A stretch of 64,000 nucleotides of DNA, taken from assembly GCA_002502625.1 (NCBI GenBank), contig DAPV01000035.1, forward strand, positions 6,279 to 70,278. The letters run 5' to 3'. This DNA is from Euryarchaeota archaeon UBA125 (lineage in GTDB: Archaea; Thermoplasmatota; Poseidoniia; Poseidoniales; Thalassarchaeaceae). The notes below the pieces were generated by a model. That model was given only the letters and a program-made list of their open reading frames with translations, did not search any database and was not told the origin of the DNA. How positions within the stretch are numbered: the first letter of the stretch is position 1; every line of letters begins with the position of its first letter. A program made the translations under genes and the position numbers. Below are positions 38,579-48,097 of the stretch, in pieces.

Positions 38579-39218
38579 TTATTTCTCCATTAATCAAACG
38601 AATCTTCCCCTTTGAAAAGTCATCAATTATTTTGGGGTATAATTTGTGTTCTACAATCTTCACTCTTTCCTGTAATGATTCCAATGTATCATTGGGAAAA
38701 ACTGGCACGGTTGATTGTTCAATAATTGCACCTGTATCCATGCCAGAATCAACAAAATGAACTGTACATCCAGATTCTTTTTCTTGAGAAGAAAGAACTT
38801 CTTGATGGGAATAAGCTCCAGGGAATTTCGGTAATAATGAAGGGTGAATATTCAAAATTTTACCTTCCCATTTTGAAACAAAATTAGGAGTTAGAATTCT
38901 CATATAACCTGAGAGGATAATTGCCTCAACATGATTCTCAATAAGTTTTGATTGGACTAATTCCTCGTGCATTAATCGTCTTGAAATAGAATCAAAATTT
39001 CCTTTAGGTAAAGGGATGCAAAGAGAAAAAATGTCATATTCTTCGGCAATTGAAAGTCCTTTAGCTTCAGAACGGTCACTAAGAACAATAACGGTACTAT
39101 GGCAGCATGTTTTTTTGTGTTCAGTATGTTCTAATAATGCCTTCATTCCGGAACCACTCCCTGAAATCATTACTGCTAATCTCAATGGATCTGTAGGTGT
39201 TCCGACCCTGAGAGACAT
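38550..39218 (-). CDS. purN: Phosphoribosylglycinamide formyltransferase
   Basis: AV.ISGSGSG, L.GYMRIL, NIHPSLLP.FPG, SGCTVHFVD.GMD.G.II.Q and EH.LYP motifs. Confidence 0.96.
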   Translation of the reverse strand: MSLRVGTPTDPLRLAVMISGSGSGMKALLEHTEHKKTCCHSTVIVLSDRSEAKGLSIAEEYDIFSLCIPLPKGNFDSISRRLMHEELVQSKLIENHVEAIILSGYMRILTPNFVSKWEGKILNIHPSLLPKFPGAYSHQEVLSSQEKESGCTVHFVDSGMDTGAIIEQSTVPVFPNDTLESLQERVKIVEHKLYPKIIDDFSKGKIRLINGEIISLENHLDN

Positions 39219-39310
39219 GTACATTGGATAGGGGGGTAGCGCTTGAGCATATTCACAAATCAATACGATTATACATATCATTAAACCCAAAAAAAAATGA
39301 GGACCTGTTG

Positions 39311-39805
39311 ATGCAGCGCTTGGAAACAATCGATGCGGTTGTAGAGCGTTATTCTGTTACGAGTAGTAAAATGAAAAGCCGAATCTATGTTACGTTAGGC
39401 ATAATTTTTCTTGTTTTCGCCATTATTGGAATCTGGGTTCCAGGTTGGCCTTCAGTTTCATGGGCTGTCCCTGCAGCATTTCTATTCTCATTATCTAATG
39501 AACGATTGTTTCGATGGACTCTATCGAATCGATTTTTTGGACCAACTTTGTTCGAATATTATGCAACTGGAAAAACACTTCCTTCTCATGTAAAATTCAT
39601 AATAATAGGGATGATAGGACTAATGTCTACAATTTCTGCATTCTTTGTTTGGAGTGTGTCTACAAAGGGAGACAATGGAAATCTGCTAAATCCTTCATCA
39701 TGGACTGGTGCAGATGAATTTGCAGCAGGTTCAATCACTATTTTAGTCGTAGGCTTCATCGGAATCATTTACATTCTTAGGCGGGTAAAAACCAGAATTA
39801 ATTGA
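39311..39805 (+). CDS. YbaN/DUF454 family inner-membrane protein
   Basis: LG.....IG...PG.P...W...AAF.F..S..R...W......FGP motif. Confidence 0.8.
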   Translation: MQRLETIDAVVERYSVTSSKMKSRIYVTLGIIFLVFAIIGIWVPGWPSVSWAVPAAFLFSLSNERLFRWTLSNRFFGPTLFEYYATGKTLPSHVKFIIIGMIGLMSTISAFFVWSVSTKGDNGNLLNPSSWTGADEFAAGSITILVVGFIGIIYILRRVKTRIN

Positions 39806-39807
39806 AA

Positions 39808-40233
39808 TTATTCACTTTCTGTCAGAATTATGGGTTCGGGTAAAATATTCAAATCTTCGGAAGATTTTGACCCTCGAAAATAGTCCCAAGCAGCAAATGG
39901 AAGGCTCCAGAAAGCGCCCCCTACTGCTGCTATTGGAATCAATACTAGCCACTCAGGTCCCATGTCTGGTCCACCAAAGACTGCTCCGAAGACTGGAAAA
40001 ATGAATGTTACAAATGCAACGGGAATCAGGTGGACTAGGCTGACCTCGTTCGGTTTGGCTCGCTTAAGAATGAAGGGTGGAATGAGAATCACTGCAAGGA
40101 GTGAAAGCATTGCAAATACGAAATCAACGCCGTCAGTCAAACCAATGATAACGTTGAGAATCATCAGGATTGCCATCATTGCACCATTCACAGAGCCAAA
40201 CAATAGGATGCTTTTCCAGCTCATGCCCACCAC
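39808..40233 (-). CDS. Hypothetical membrane protein (4 TM)
   Basis: Hydrophobic 141-aa ORF whose start overlaps the purH stop. Confidence 0.7.
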   Translation of the reverse strand: MVGMSWKSILLFGSVNGAMMAILMILNVIIGLTDGVDFVFAMLSLLAVILIPPFILKRAKPNEVSLVHLIPVAFVTFIFPVFGAVFGGPDMGPEWLVLIPIAAVGGAFWSLPFAAWDYFRGSKSSEDLNILPEPIILTESE

Positions 40234-41852
40234 TAATGTCTGAATAGTCGTGTACCTGTGAACAACATAGTCATTTTGTGTTCATCAGCAGCATTTATGA
40301 CTTCTTGATCACGAATACTTCCACCTGGTTGTACTACAGATGTGATCCCAATCTCATAACTTGTATCAATTCCATCTCTGAACGGGAAAAATGCATCAGA
40401 TACCATCATCGCGCCCTTAGCACGTTCGCCTGCACGTCGAGCTGCTATTCTGACGGCTTCTACGCGGCTCGTTTGACCTGGCCCTATTCCTACTGTTGCA
40501 AAACCTGTTTCAGTTGGTTGAATAAAAATTACACAATTACTCTTGACTTGAGCACAAACTGCAACACCAAATCTTGCCAAGTCAACTTGGTTTGGATTCG
40601 CTTGTTCCTTCGTTACACATTTGACTTGAGACCAATCAATCATAGGAGCTCCTTCTGTTTGCGCCAACCATCCACCATCAATTTCACGAAAGTGAGTTTG
40701 CATTTTTAGTGGCGTCATATTTTCTAGAGTTAGCATCCTACGATTCTTCTTCAGGGATAATACCTCTAATGCCCCATCTTCATACTGAGGGGCAATAATG
40801 CACTCAACAAAATGATCTCCAATCCTTTCTGCTGTCGCTTTAGTTACTGGCGTATTGAATGCAATAACACAACCAAAAGCAGATTCTGGATCACTTGCTA
40901 ATGCATCATCCCAAGCAGATATCTGACTGGTTGAAACTGCAACGCCACACGCATTAGTATGTTTTATTATTACACAACAATGAGGCCATTCAGACCACTC
41001 TGGACCTATATGAGATCGGCAAAAACGTAGTGCTGCATCTAAATCCAAATAATTGTTGAATGAAAGATCTTTGCCCCCATGTTGTTCAGCCGCTGCTAAT
41101 CCATGTGATGATTCACCAACGACGTTTGTTGGATAAAATGCTGCAGGTTGATGTGGATTTTCACCATATCTTAGGGGATTTTTCATTCCTCCTGAAATTA
41201 GGAGTTTCTCAGGTAAAACTTCAGAGGTAGCAGGTTCGAGGGATTCTAATCTAGTTGCCAATGTATTAGCAAGCGCTACATCATATGCAGCTGTTCTTTG
41301 GTATGCGGTTAATGCTAATCTTTGCCTAGTTGACAAATTTATTCCACTTGGACTACCATCTGCTTCTTCTAATAAATCCAAAATATCGTTATAATCATCA
41401 GGATTTGTAATGATAAGTACATCTTGATGAGACTTGGCTGATGCTCTGACAAGAGTAGGCCCACCTATATCGATCATTTCGATCAATTCTTCTTCACTAA
41501 CTGGGGGATCTCTTGCTGCTACTTCTTCAAAAGGATACAAATTAACCGCAACTAAGTCTATCCTCGGATATCCTAACTCATCAAGTGTGGTCATATCTTC
41601 AGAATTATTACCTCTGGCAAGGATTGCTGCGTGTATTGCCGGATGAAGTGTTTTGACTCTCCCATTGAAAACTTCTGGATGCCCAGTAACTTCTGTAACA
41701 TCTGTAACATTTACTCCTTTTTCTCTCAATAGTTTAGCAGTCCCTCCAGTGGAGAGAATTTCCCAACCAAAATCTGTCAATTTTTTAGCGAAATCAGATA
41801 TTCCGGCCTTGTCAAATACGCTGATCAATGCTCGAGGAGATTCGTCCTTCAC
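40233..41852 (-). CDS. purH: Bifunctional AICAR transformylase/IMP cyclohydrolase
   Basis: ALISV.DK, STGGTA, GRVKTLHP, NLYPF, IDIGGP, LRYGENPHQ, KHTNACG, SDAFFPF.D, QPGGS.RD and TG.R.FRH motifs. Confidence 0.97.
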   Translation of the reverse strand: MKDESPRALISVFDKAGISDFAKKLTDFGWEILSTGGTAKLLREKGVNVTDVTEVTGHPEVFNGRVKTLHPAIHAAILARGNNSEDMTTLDELGYPRIDLVAVNLYPFEEVAARDPPVSEEELIEMIDIGGPTLVRASAKSHQDVLIITNPDDYNDILDLLEEADGSPSGINLSTRQRLALTAYQRTAAYDVALANTLATRLESLEPATSEVLPEKLLISGGMKNPLRYGENPHQPAAFYPTNVVGESSHGLAAAEQHGGKDLSFNNYLDLDAALRFCRSHIGPEWSEWPHCCVIIKHTNACGVAVSTSQISAWDDALASDPESAFGCVIAFNTPVTKATAERIGDHFVECIIAPQYEDGALEVLSLKKNRRMLTLENMTPLKMQTHFREIDGGWLAQTEGAPMIDWSQVKCVTKEQANPNQVDLARFGVAVCAQVKSNCVIFIQPTETGFATVGIGPGQTSRVEAVRIAARRAGERAKGAMMVSDAFFPFRDGIDTSYEIGITSVVQPGGSIRDQEVINAADEHKMTMLFTGTRLFRH

Positions 41853-41902
41853 GATGTATCCCCTTACATGGGCTGAGACTCAAGACCATGAAGATTCGTA
41901 AG

Positions 41903-43492
41903 TCAATCACCGCGGGCTGAAATAACTTGATCTATACGAAGAAGGCCACACGCAGCCTCAGTTGCTCCAATTATTCCATTAAGAATTGTTTCTGCAGGAT
42001 GGACTATTGAGGAATCAATAATTTCCACCTTTCCATTTTCATTTATTCCCCAATTATCCTTCCCATTAGTTGCTGCACGAAGAGATAATACAGTATCTAA
42101 AACATCTACTCCAGCATTTTCAATAAGAGTAGATGGAATTACTTCTAATGCTCGAGAAAAGGCCTCCATTGCTAAACGTGCACGATTTGAATGTTGTTCC
42201 GATGCTGTTCTAATGCTTGATGATAATGTGGCATATACTGACCCTCCACCGGGGACTATTTTACCTGAATTAACAACAAGTGTTGTACTACGAATAGCAT
42301 CATGTAATCCTCTAATCACTTCTTCACCTGCAGTTCCTTCAACTCCTCCGACTAGAATTGTAGCTACATTAGATGAATTTCCTCCAAGTATTGTAATCTC
42401 ATCTTCAACTCTATCAGTTGATGATTTTCTAAGGCAATTTATTTCTTTAGCAAAACCAATATCTGTATTATCTAAATGATGAATGCTTGATGCAATTGTA
42501 GAACCAGTTGAAGATGCCAAATTCCTCAATTCAGATTCATCGAATTCACCGGCCACAAATATTTCCTTATCTGCTAAATGGTGAAGGATATCTGGATCTA
42601 TTTCTCCGCCTGCGATAATCGCTCGAATCTCTAAATCGACTAATTTTTCAACCAATGAAGTTCGAAGTTTTTCTTGTTCCTCAATAAATTGAGATAATTG
42701 ATCTGGATTTTGAACTTCAATCTCAGCATCTCTAGTCAAACTGCGAGGAGACAAATCGCCACTAATCACTGCAATTCGAGAATTCTCATGTTTCCCTTCT
42801 AACCTATCTAGTAAAACTCGACGACGAACAATAATTCCTTGAATAACACAGCTATCGTTTAATCCTCCAGTTCCTTGGAGATACATGGATATATCTTCAG
42901 AATTTGCATGGGTTTTACCATCAACTAAACGAGATATCTGAATTGTTGCTACTGAAGCCAAAGAAGAAAATAATGCAATATTTTGATCTGCTGACTTTCC
43001 TCGAAGAGCTGTGTTAGCAATTGATTCCAGTACTTTCTGATCCTCGGAATTTATCGAGGTACTACAACTAGAAATTTCATTCTCAACAATCTCTAATGCA
43101 GCTAAAAAGCCATCAACAATAGTTAGAGGATGTAGGCCCATTCGAATCAAACGATCGGCTTCTGCAAGTAATTCTCCACAAAATAGTAGACTACGAGTTA
43201 CTCCATCACCACAAGCATTCTCTTGAGATTCGGCCAAACTAACAAATGCCTTAGCTGCTGGATGTTTTACCATCAATTCAGCAACAATTTTTGCACCGTC
43301 GTTTGTTACTGCAGTAGTACCGTCGGTTTTGTATAGCATTTTATCCAAACCTCTAGGACCAAAAGTTGGTTTCAGAATATCAGCAAAAGCACGTGCTGCT
43401 GCTATCATTTTCTCCTGAACTGCTGTTCCACCAGAGATAGTAGTCTCTGGGCGAACAATAACTACAGGGGGGGTCCCTTCACCTTCGGACAT
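41903..43492 (-). CDS. Divergent group II chaperonin (thermosome-like) subunit
   Basis: TFGPRGLDKML, TNDGA.I, HPAAK, GDGV(T), HP..I..G, PGGG, ALE.IP..L..NAG and LLRID.VI motifs. Confidence 0.9.
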   Translation of the reverse strand: MSEGEGTPPVVIVRPETTISGGTAVQEKMIAAARAFADILKPTFGPRGLDKMLYKTDGTTAVTNDGAKIVAELMVKHPAAKAFVSLAESQENACGDGVTRSLLFCGELLAEADRLIRMGLHPLTIVDGFLAALEIVENEISSCSTSINSEDQKVLESIANTALRGKSADQNIALFSSLASVATIQISRLVDGKTHANSEDISMYLQGTGGLNDSCVIQGIIVRRRVLLDRLEGKHENSRIAVISGDLSPRSLTRDAEIEVQNPDQLSQFIEEQEKLRTSLVEKLVDLEIRAIIAGGEIDPDILHHLADKEIFVAGEFDESELRNLASSTGSTIASSIHHLDNTDIGFAKEINCLRKSSTDRVEDEITILGGNSSNVATILVGGVEGTAGEEVIRGLHDAIRSTTLVVNSGKIVPGGGSVYATLSSSIRTASEQHSNRARLAMEAFSRALEVIPSTLIENAGVDVLDTVLSLRAATNGKDNWGINENGKVEIIDSSIVHPAETILNGIIGATEAACGLLRIDQVISARGD

Positions 43493-43531
43493 ACAATTAC
43501 CAATTCTCCCGACTAAGACATGTTTCAAGAA

Positions 43532-46500
43532 TCATTCCGAAGCCCAAATTGCCCAAGGTTCTCCAGAATCTGGCTTGCGATAATAATTAATTCCGCTACC
43601 TTCTGGCCATTCTAGCCATTCAAATCCATGTTCATCGATAGTTCCAGCAATATCATCAGAAGGTGTTAATTCAGCTTCTGGAGGTTCTATCTCCGATTGC
43701 TCTAATTCTGTATTGGTTTCTTCAATTAATTCTTCTTCAAAAATTGATTTTTCATCTACCTCAAATGGTGATGTTGGATTATGATCTTCTGATCTTCTAG
43801 ATATTACAGTACTTAATTGAATTAAGAAAATTGCAGCTAATAGACCAATAACTGCTATCTCAATTATTGGGAAAGTAAATCCAGATTCATCACTAGTTTC
43901 CTCTAAATCAGATAATTCATTATTCGTTTCATTTTGTTCATTAGGAATATTGGTTTCATTGACATAAGTCATATTCTGAAATGTTTCATTTTCAAAAGTT
44001 GTTGATGTAGAGTTTGCATATGTATTATTTTCATATGTATTATTCAAAAATTCATTTTGTGTTTCATTTTCATATGTATTGTTGATGAATGTTTCATTTT
44101 CATATGTATTATTGACATATGTATTGTTAACATACGTATTATTCACAACAGTAGATCCTCCATCATTTGTTGAATCATCAGGATTTTGTCCAGGAGCGCA
44201 GCCATTGGAATTAGCAGATGCGCCTAATGGTGTTCTAGAACAACGATCATTTAGATCTCCTACTCCATCTCCATCATCATCCCAATCTTCGTTCCAATCA
44301 TGACAGCCGTCGGAATCGAAATCAATTGATGGGTTTGTCTTCCAGCCATCAATTCCTTTGGGACAATTATCATCAATATCTGGAATGCCGTCGGAATCAT
44401 CATCAGTATCTTCATCTGAATCGTGACAGCCGTCTCCATCATAATCTGTTACAGAGCCCGATCTCCAATCTACAGTCCCATTGGGGCAGAAATCATCAAC
44501 ATCAGGGAAGTCATCGTTGTCATCATTGTCATCTTCCTCCAAATCATGACAACCGTCACCATCATTATCTGATGTTGTAGATGATGTCCAGCCAGTCTTT
44601 CCAGTTGCACAATCGTCTACATGGTCATCGATTGAGTCGCCATCATCATCATCATCTTCCAAAATATCATGACAACCGTCACCATCAAGATCTGTTGAAG
44701 GTGAAGATGTCCACCCTGTAACTCCAAGGGGACATGAATCCGGAGTATCATAAATTAAATCGTTATCGTCATCATTATCTTCTGTTGAATCCTTACATCC
44801 ATCATTATCATGATCAGTAGCATTGGAAGAGGTCCAATTTAGAGCACCGTACAAACATGAATCTGAGGAATCTAATATGCTGTCGTTATCATCGTCATCA
44901 TCTTCTACAGTATCTGAACATCCGTCGCTATCAAAATCTGTAAATGCCGATGATATCCAACCAAAAGACCCCATTGGGCAAGAATCAGACTGATCTGGGA
45001 TACCATCTCCATCATCATCTGAGTCGCAAATATCTCCAATCCCATCTGATTCATAATCTGCTTGTATAGGGTTGTAAATAGTCTGACAATTATCTCTATT
45101 GTTTGTTATACCATCAGCATCTTGATCTGCACTCATTCGAGAAATAAATAGATCACTACCATCTGAAGATGTCAAAGAATCTAAACCAAATTGTCTGGGT
45201 CCTCCGTTATCATACAATATCTCTCCAGCAACCTCAATTGAACCATTTGCAGCTGGAACAACTGCTCTGATGTTTACTGGGCCAGTGGGTTGTTGGGCCC
45301 ATGACCAAGTTCCTTGGTCTGAGGCCATAGCAACAAACCCAGTTCCTGCATTAGATAAGGTGGTTAAACCAACACTAATGACTCCAGTTTTTTTGCCTAC
45401 TCCTACTATACTGCCATTACCAACAAAACGGACATCATACAGATGATCATCAGAAGTTCCACCTAATGCAATAGACCAGCCCCATCCAACATTAGAATGA
45501 TTCCACATTGCAATATAGCCGTCATCGTTTCCACCAGAATTGACAGAACAACAACCAGAAAAAGAAACTGAATTTTCAAAATAACCTCCAATTACGACAT
45601 CTCCATTAGATCTTACATCCATCGATTGGACATGATTACAACTATTTCCAGAAGTACAATCAGGTCTATCCCAAAGATGCATTGTACCGTTTTGATACAA
45701 ACGAACTAAAGCACCAGCAGAACTACCACTGATAGAATAACTAGTTCCTCCTGGTGTAGTATATGTGTCACTTCTAGTCCAAAATACCACACCACCATCT
45801 GGATGGCCGGCCATTGCATCTAGAGATGGTGAATTGTGACTTCCATCAGTTCGGAAAACGTTGTTCCAGCCATTTGTAGTATTTCTTTGAGCAAAACAAA
45901 TACGATTATCACTTCCAAAGGAGTATGATTGGCCGACGATAGTAACAGTATAACTGCAAGCACCTGTTACCCAAAGATCGCCATTTCCATCTATTGCAGT
46001 TTCAAAATATGCTGCCCAAGATTTGGACATTCCTGAAATTTGATCAATAGATGACCATGAACTAGATGTCGGATTCCAACTTAAAACATAAAAATTCGAA
46101 GAAGTGCTTATTCTAGAATAACCTGGAACATCCAAGAATCCGTTAGGTTGTACTGTAATCCAAATCGTTCCGTTTGGAGCAACTGACATTGAAAGGCCTT
46201 GTTTCTGAAGGTCAGAATTCCATTCAGTTTGGAATGAAAAACGATCTAAATCGGTCCATGCCCCAGTTTCATTGAATATTCCTAACCACACATTTTCATC
46301 ATTGGTCGCACCAGATGTTAAATTTCCAAATCTAAGTCCTTGAGATTCTCCATGAATTAATACTGCAGTATGTGTAGAATTTATTCTCTCTAGATCAATC
46401 ACAGTTTCTGTATTTGAAAATCCAATTTCTTCCTTTACATAATGTGTATTAGTTGGACCCGGATATGATGTTGAATCACTCCAAGCATGTACTCTCATTG

Positions 46501-48049
46501 AAGTGTGTGGAGAATCAGACCAATGATCGTCTATTGAAGTGGTGTCAGTTGATGTTTCTGTCTCACCAGTTCTAGCGAAATTCGACCAAGCAGCAAATGC
46601 ATAATCTGTTCCTGAAATGGAATCGATAACATCAATATCAAATAAATTAGAATAACAAGAATATCGCTGATTTTGATAAGTAATTTTACCTGTGCTTGTA
46701 ATGCCTACAAAAGCAGCAGAGGAACTCGAACAGCCAGTGTTAATTTCATCTGAATTAGAACTGCCGTAAAATTTTACACGATTGTCGCCACTAGAATGAA
46801 AAGATAGAGCTAAATTCCCTGAAGATGTTGGTTGTTCAGGGACTATTATTGATGGACTCCATTGCTGTTTATTACTTTGATAATAGTAATTATTGTAATT
46901 AGAGGTGCTTTTAATTGCCCATCCAATGGCCCCAACATTAGAAAATTTCACAACATAGATCATCTGATGATTTTGGCCTGTTGACATTCGAATAGATCCC
47001 CAAGTGATTTCATATGATCCAGAATTATTGTAAAATAATTCACCTGCAACGAATATATTTCCTCCCGCATCAATGTCTACGGACCAAGCCCTATCATTTG
47101 CAGTAGCAATTGGCTTCCGTACCCATTCCACTCCAGTTGTTGCTATTCGCATAACCAAACTATCTGACCCGGTTCCACCTCCATGAGTAATTGTGGTCTG
47201 ATCTAAAGCTAGTGTTGAAGAAGAGAATTCTCCGACCACAATTACACGATTGTTGTTGTCTGCAGTACAATCATGCGCTTCTTCTACACCTATATCTCCA
47301 TAACGCCGAAGTTGATCCCAAACTCCAGAGTTTGTAGACCATGATACGATGATATCATTATCAATTCCACTTCCATTATGTGCAGTTCCATTTACTACTA
47401 ATGAACTGCTATTCGTCCAACCGCAATAAGCAATATTTCCTGTTGAGGTTTCTGCCACACCAGTTAGATTATCAAATCCAGAAGATCCTAACGAATTTGA
47501 CCACAAAAAAGAGCCGGTTTGACCATTAACTTTCAATGAAAATCCATCTCTATCGCCTTGATTAACCAAGCTATTGGAATTTACATTAATCGAAGATGAA
47601 CTAAATGAACCTACTAAAATCAAATCACCATTAGAATCTACAATCATGTCTTCTAGATATTCATCAGATTCTCCACCAAATGTTTGTAACCAAGACCAGA
47701 AACCGTTTCCTGAATTGTATGTATAGTGTCCAATGAATACATCGAGCCCTCCATTATTTAGAACTTGAATTGAATCTGTTGTTGTTGTTCCAGTTTGAAG
47801 ATTAAGTGACCCGCCTTCATAGATTCCTGCAGCAAAAAAAGAACCATTGGATTGTCCTTCAACTTCCTTAACCCACGTATATCCAGTATCCTTGTCTTTG
47901 TTGACCCATTCCCAACCCAATGGATTTGTAGCCGCAACACTATTTTCTGGAGAGTAGATTTCAGGCAACTGCTCGTCATTATCATCAATTAAAATACTCA
48001 ATAACAATGGCAACAAAAAAAGTGTAACTAAAGCAGATGCTGTCCTCAT
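43532..48049 (-). CDS. Large cell-surface protein: beta-propeller repeats, thrombospondin type-3 Ca-binding repeats, sequon-rich stalk, TM and Trp-rich cytoplasmic motif
   Basis: Signal peptide; repeated W...GG...D.....D..G...V.G.F units; D.D.DG..D..D.CP repeats; NNTY repeats; C-terminal TM. Confidence 0.88.
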   Translation of the reverse strand: MRTASALVTLFLLPLLLSILIDDNDEQLPEIYSPENSVAATNPLGWEWVNKDKDTGYTWVKEVEGQSNGSFFAAGIYEGGSLNLQTGTTTTDSIQVLNNGGLDVFIGHYTYNSGNGFWSWLQTFGGESDEYLEDMIVDSNGDLILVGSFSSSSINVNSNSLVNQGDRDGFSLKVNGQTGSFLWSNSLGSSGFDNLTGVAETSTGNIAYCGWTNSSSLVVNGTAHNGSGIDNDIIVSWSTNSGVWDQLRRYGDIGVEEAHDCTADNNNRVIVVGEFSSSTLALDQTTITHGGGTGSDSLVMRIATTGVEWVRKPIATANDRAWSVDIDAGGNIFVAGELFYNNSGSYEITWGSIRMSTGQNHQMIYVVKFSNVGAIGWAIKSTSNYNNYYYQSNKQQWSPSIIVPEQPTSSGNLALSFHSSGDNRVKFYGSSNSDEINTGCSSSSAAFVGITSTGKITYQNQRYSCYSNLFDIDVIDSISGTDYAFAAWSNFARTGETETSTDTTSIDDHWSDSPHTSMRVHAWSDSTSYPGPTNTHYVKEEIGFSNTETVIDLERINSTHTAVLIHGESQGLRFGNLTSGATNDENVWLGIFNETGAWTDLDRFSFQTEWNSDLQKQGLSMSVAPNGTIWITVQPNGFLDVPGYSRISTSSNFYVLSWNPTSSSWSSIDQISGMSKSWAAYFETAIDGNGDLWVTGACSYTVTIVGQSYSFGSDNRICFAQRNTTNGWNNVFRTDGSHNSPSLDAMAGHPDGGVVFWTRSDTYTTPGGTSYSISGSSAGALVRLYQNGTMHLWDRPDCTSGNSCNHVQSMDVRSNGDVVIGGYFENSVSFSGCCSVNSGGNDDGYIAMWNHSNVGWGWSIALGGTSDDHLYDVRFVGNGSIVGVGKKTGVISVGLTTLSNAGTGFVAMASDQGTWSWAQQPTGPVNIRAVVPAANGSIEVAGEILYDNGGPRQFGLDSLTSSDGSDLFISRMSADQDADGITNNRDNCQTIYNPIQADYESDGIGDICDSDDDGDGIPDQSDSCPMGSFGWISSAFTDFDSDGCSDTVEDDDDDNDSILDSSDSCLYGALNWTSSNATDHDNDGCKDSTEDNDDDNDLIYDTPDSCPLGVTGWTSSPSTDLDGDGCHDILEDDDDDGDSIDDHVDDCATGKTGWTSSTTSDNDGDGCHDLEEDDNDDNDDFPDVDDFCPNGTVDWRSGSVTDYDGDGCHDSDEDTDDDSDGIPDIDDNCPKGIDGWKTNPSIDFDSDGCHDWNEDWDDDGDGVGDLNDRCSRTPLGASANSNGCAPGQNPDDSTNDGGSTVVNNTYVNNTYVNNTYENETFINNTYENETQNEFLNNTYENNTYANSTSTTFENETFQNMTYVNETNIPNEQNETNNELSDLEETSDESGFTFPIIEIAVIGLLAAIFLIQLSTVISRRSEDHNPTSPFEVDEKSIFEEELIEETNTELEQSEIEPPEAELTPSDDIAGTIDEHGFEWLEWPEGSGINYYRKPDSGEPWAIWASE
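43955..44150 (-). repeat. Imperfect 15-bp tandem repeats encoding (V/E)N(N/E)T(Y/F) pentapeptides
   Basis: CATATGTATTATTGA / CATATGTATTGTTAA / CATACGTATTATTCA and similar units on the + strand. Confidence 0.8.
44200..45130 (-). repeat. Thrombospondin type-3-like repeats within the surface protein
   Basis: About 7 copies of CP.G..GW.S....D.D.DGC.D..ED.DDD.D...D..D. Confidence 0.85.
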
Positions 48050-48097
48050 TGGATTATCATATAAGTAATTAGACTTGAATTAATCGCTATGTTTTTT

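Noticed and set aside
39808-40233. Locally higher GC suggesting a recent horizontal insertion
   Set aside because: The shift is modest, the gene is short and rich in Gly/Ala/Pro, and there are no mobility signatures.
43955-45130. Possible CRISPR array
   Set aside because: The repeats are degenerate, in frame and protein-coding (NNTY and TSP3 units), with no constant repeat/unique spacer pattern and no cas genes.
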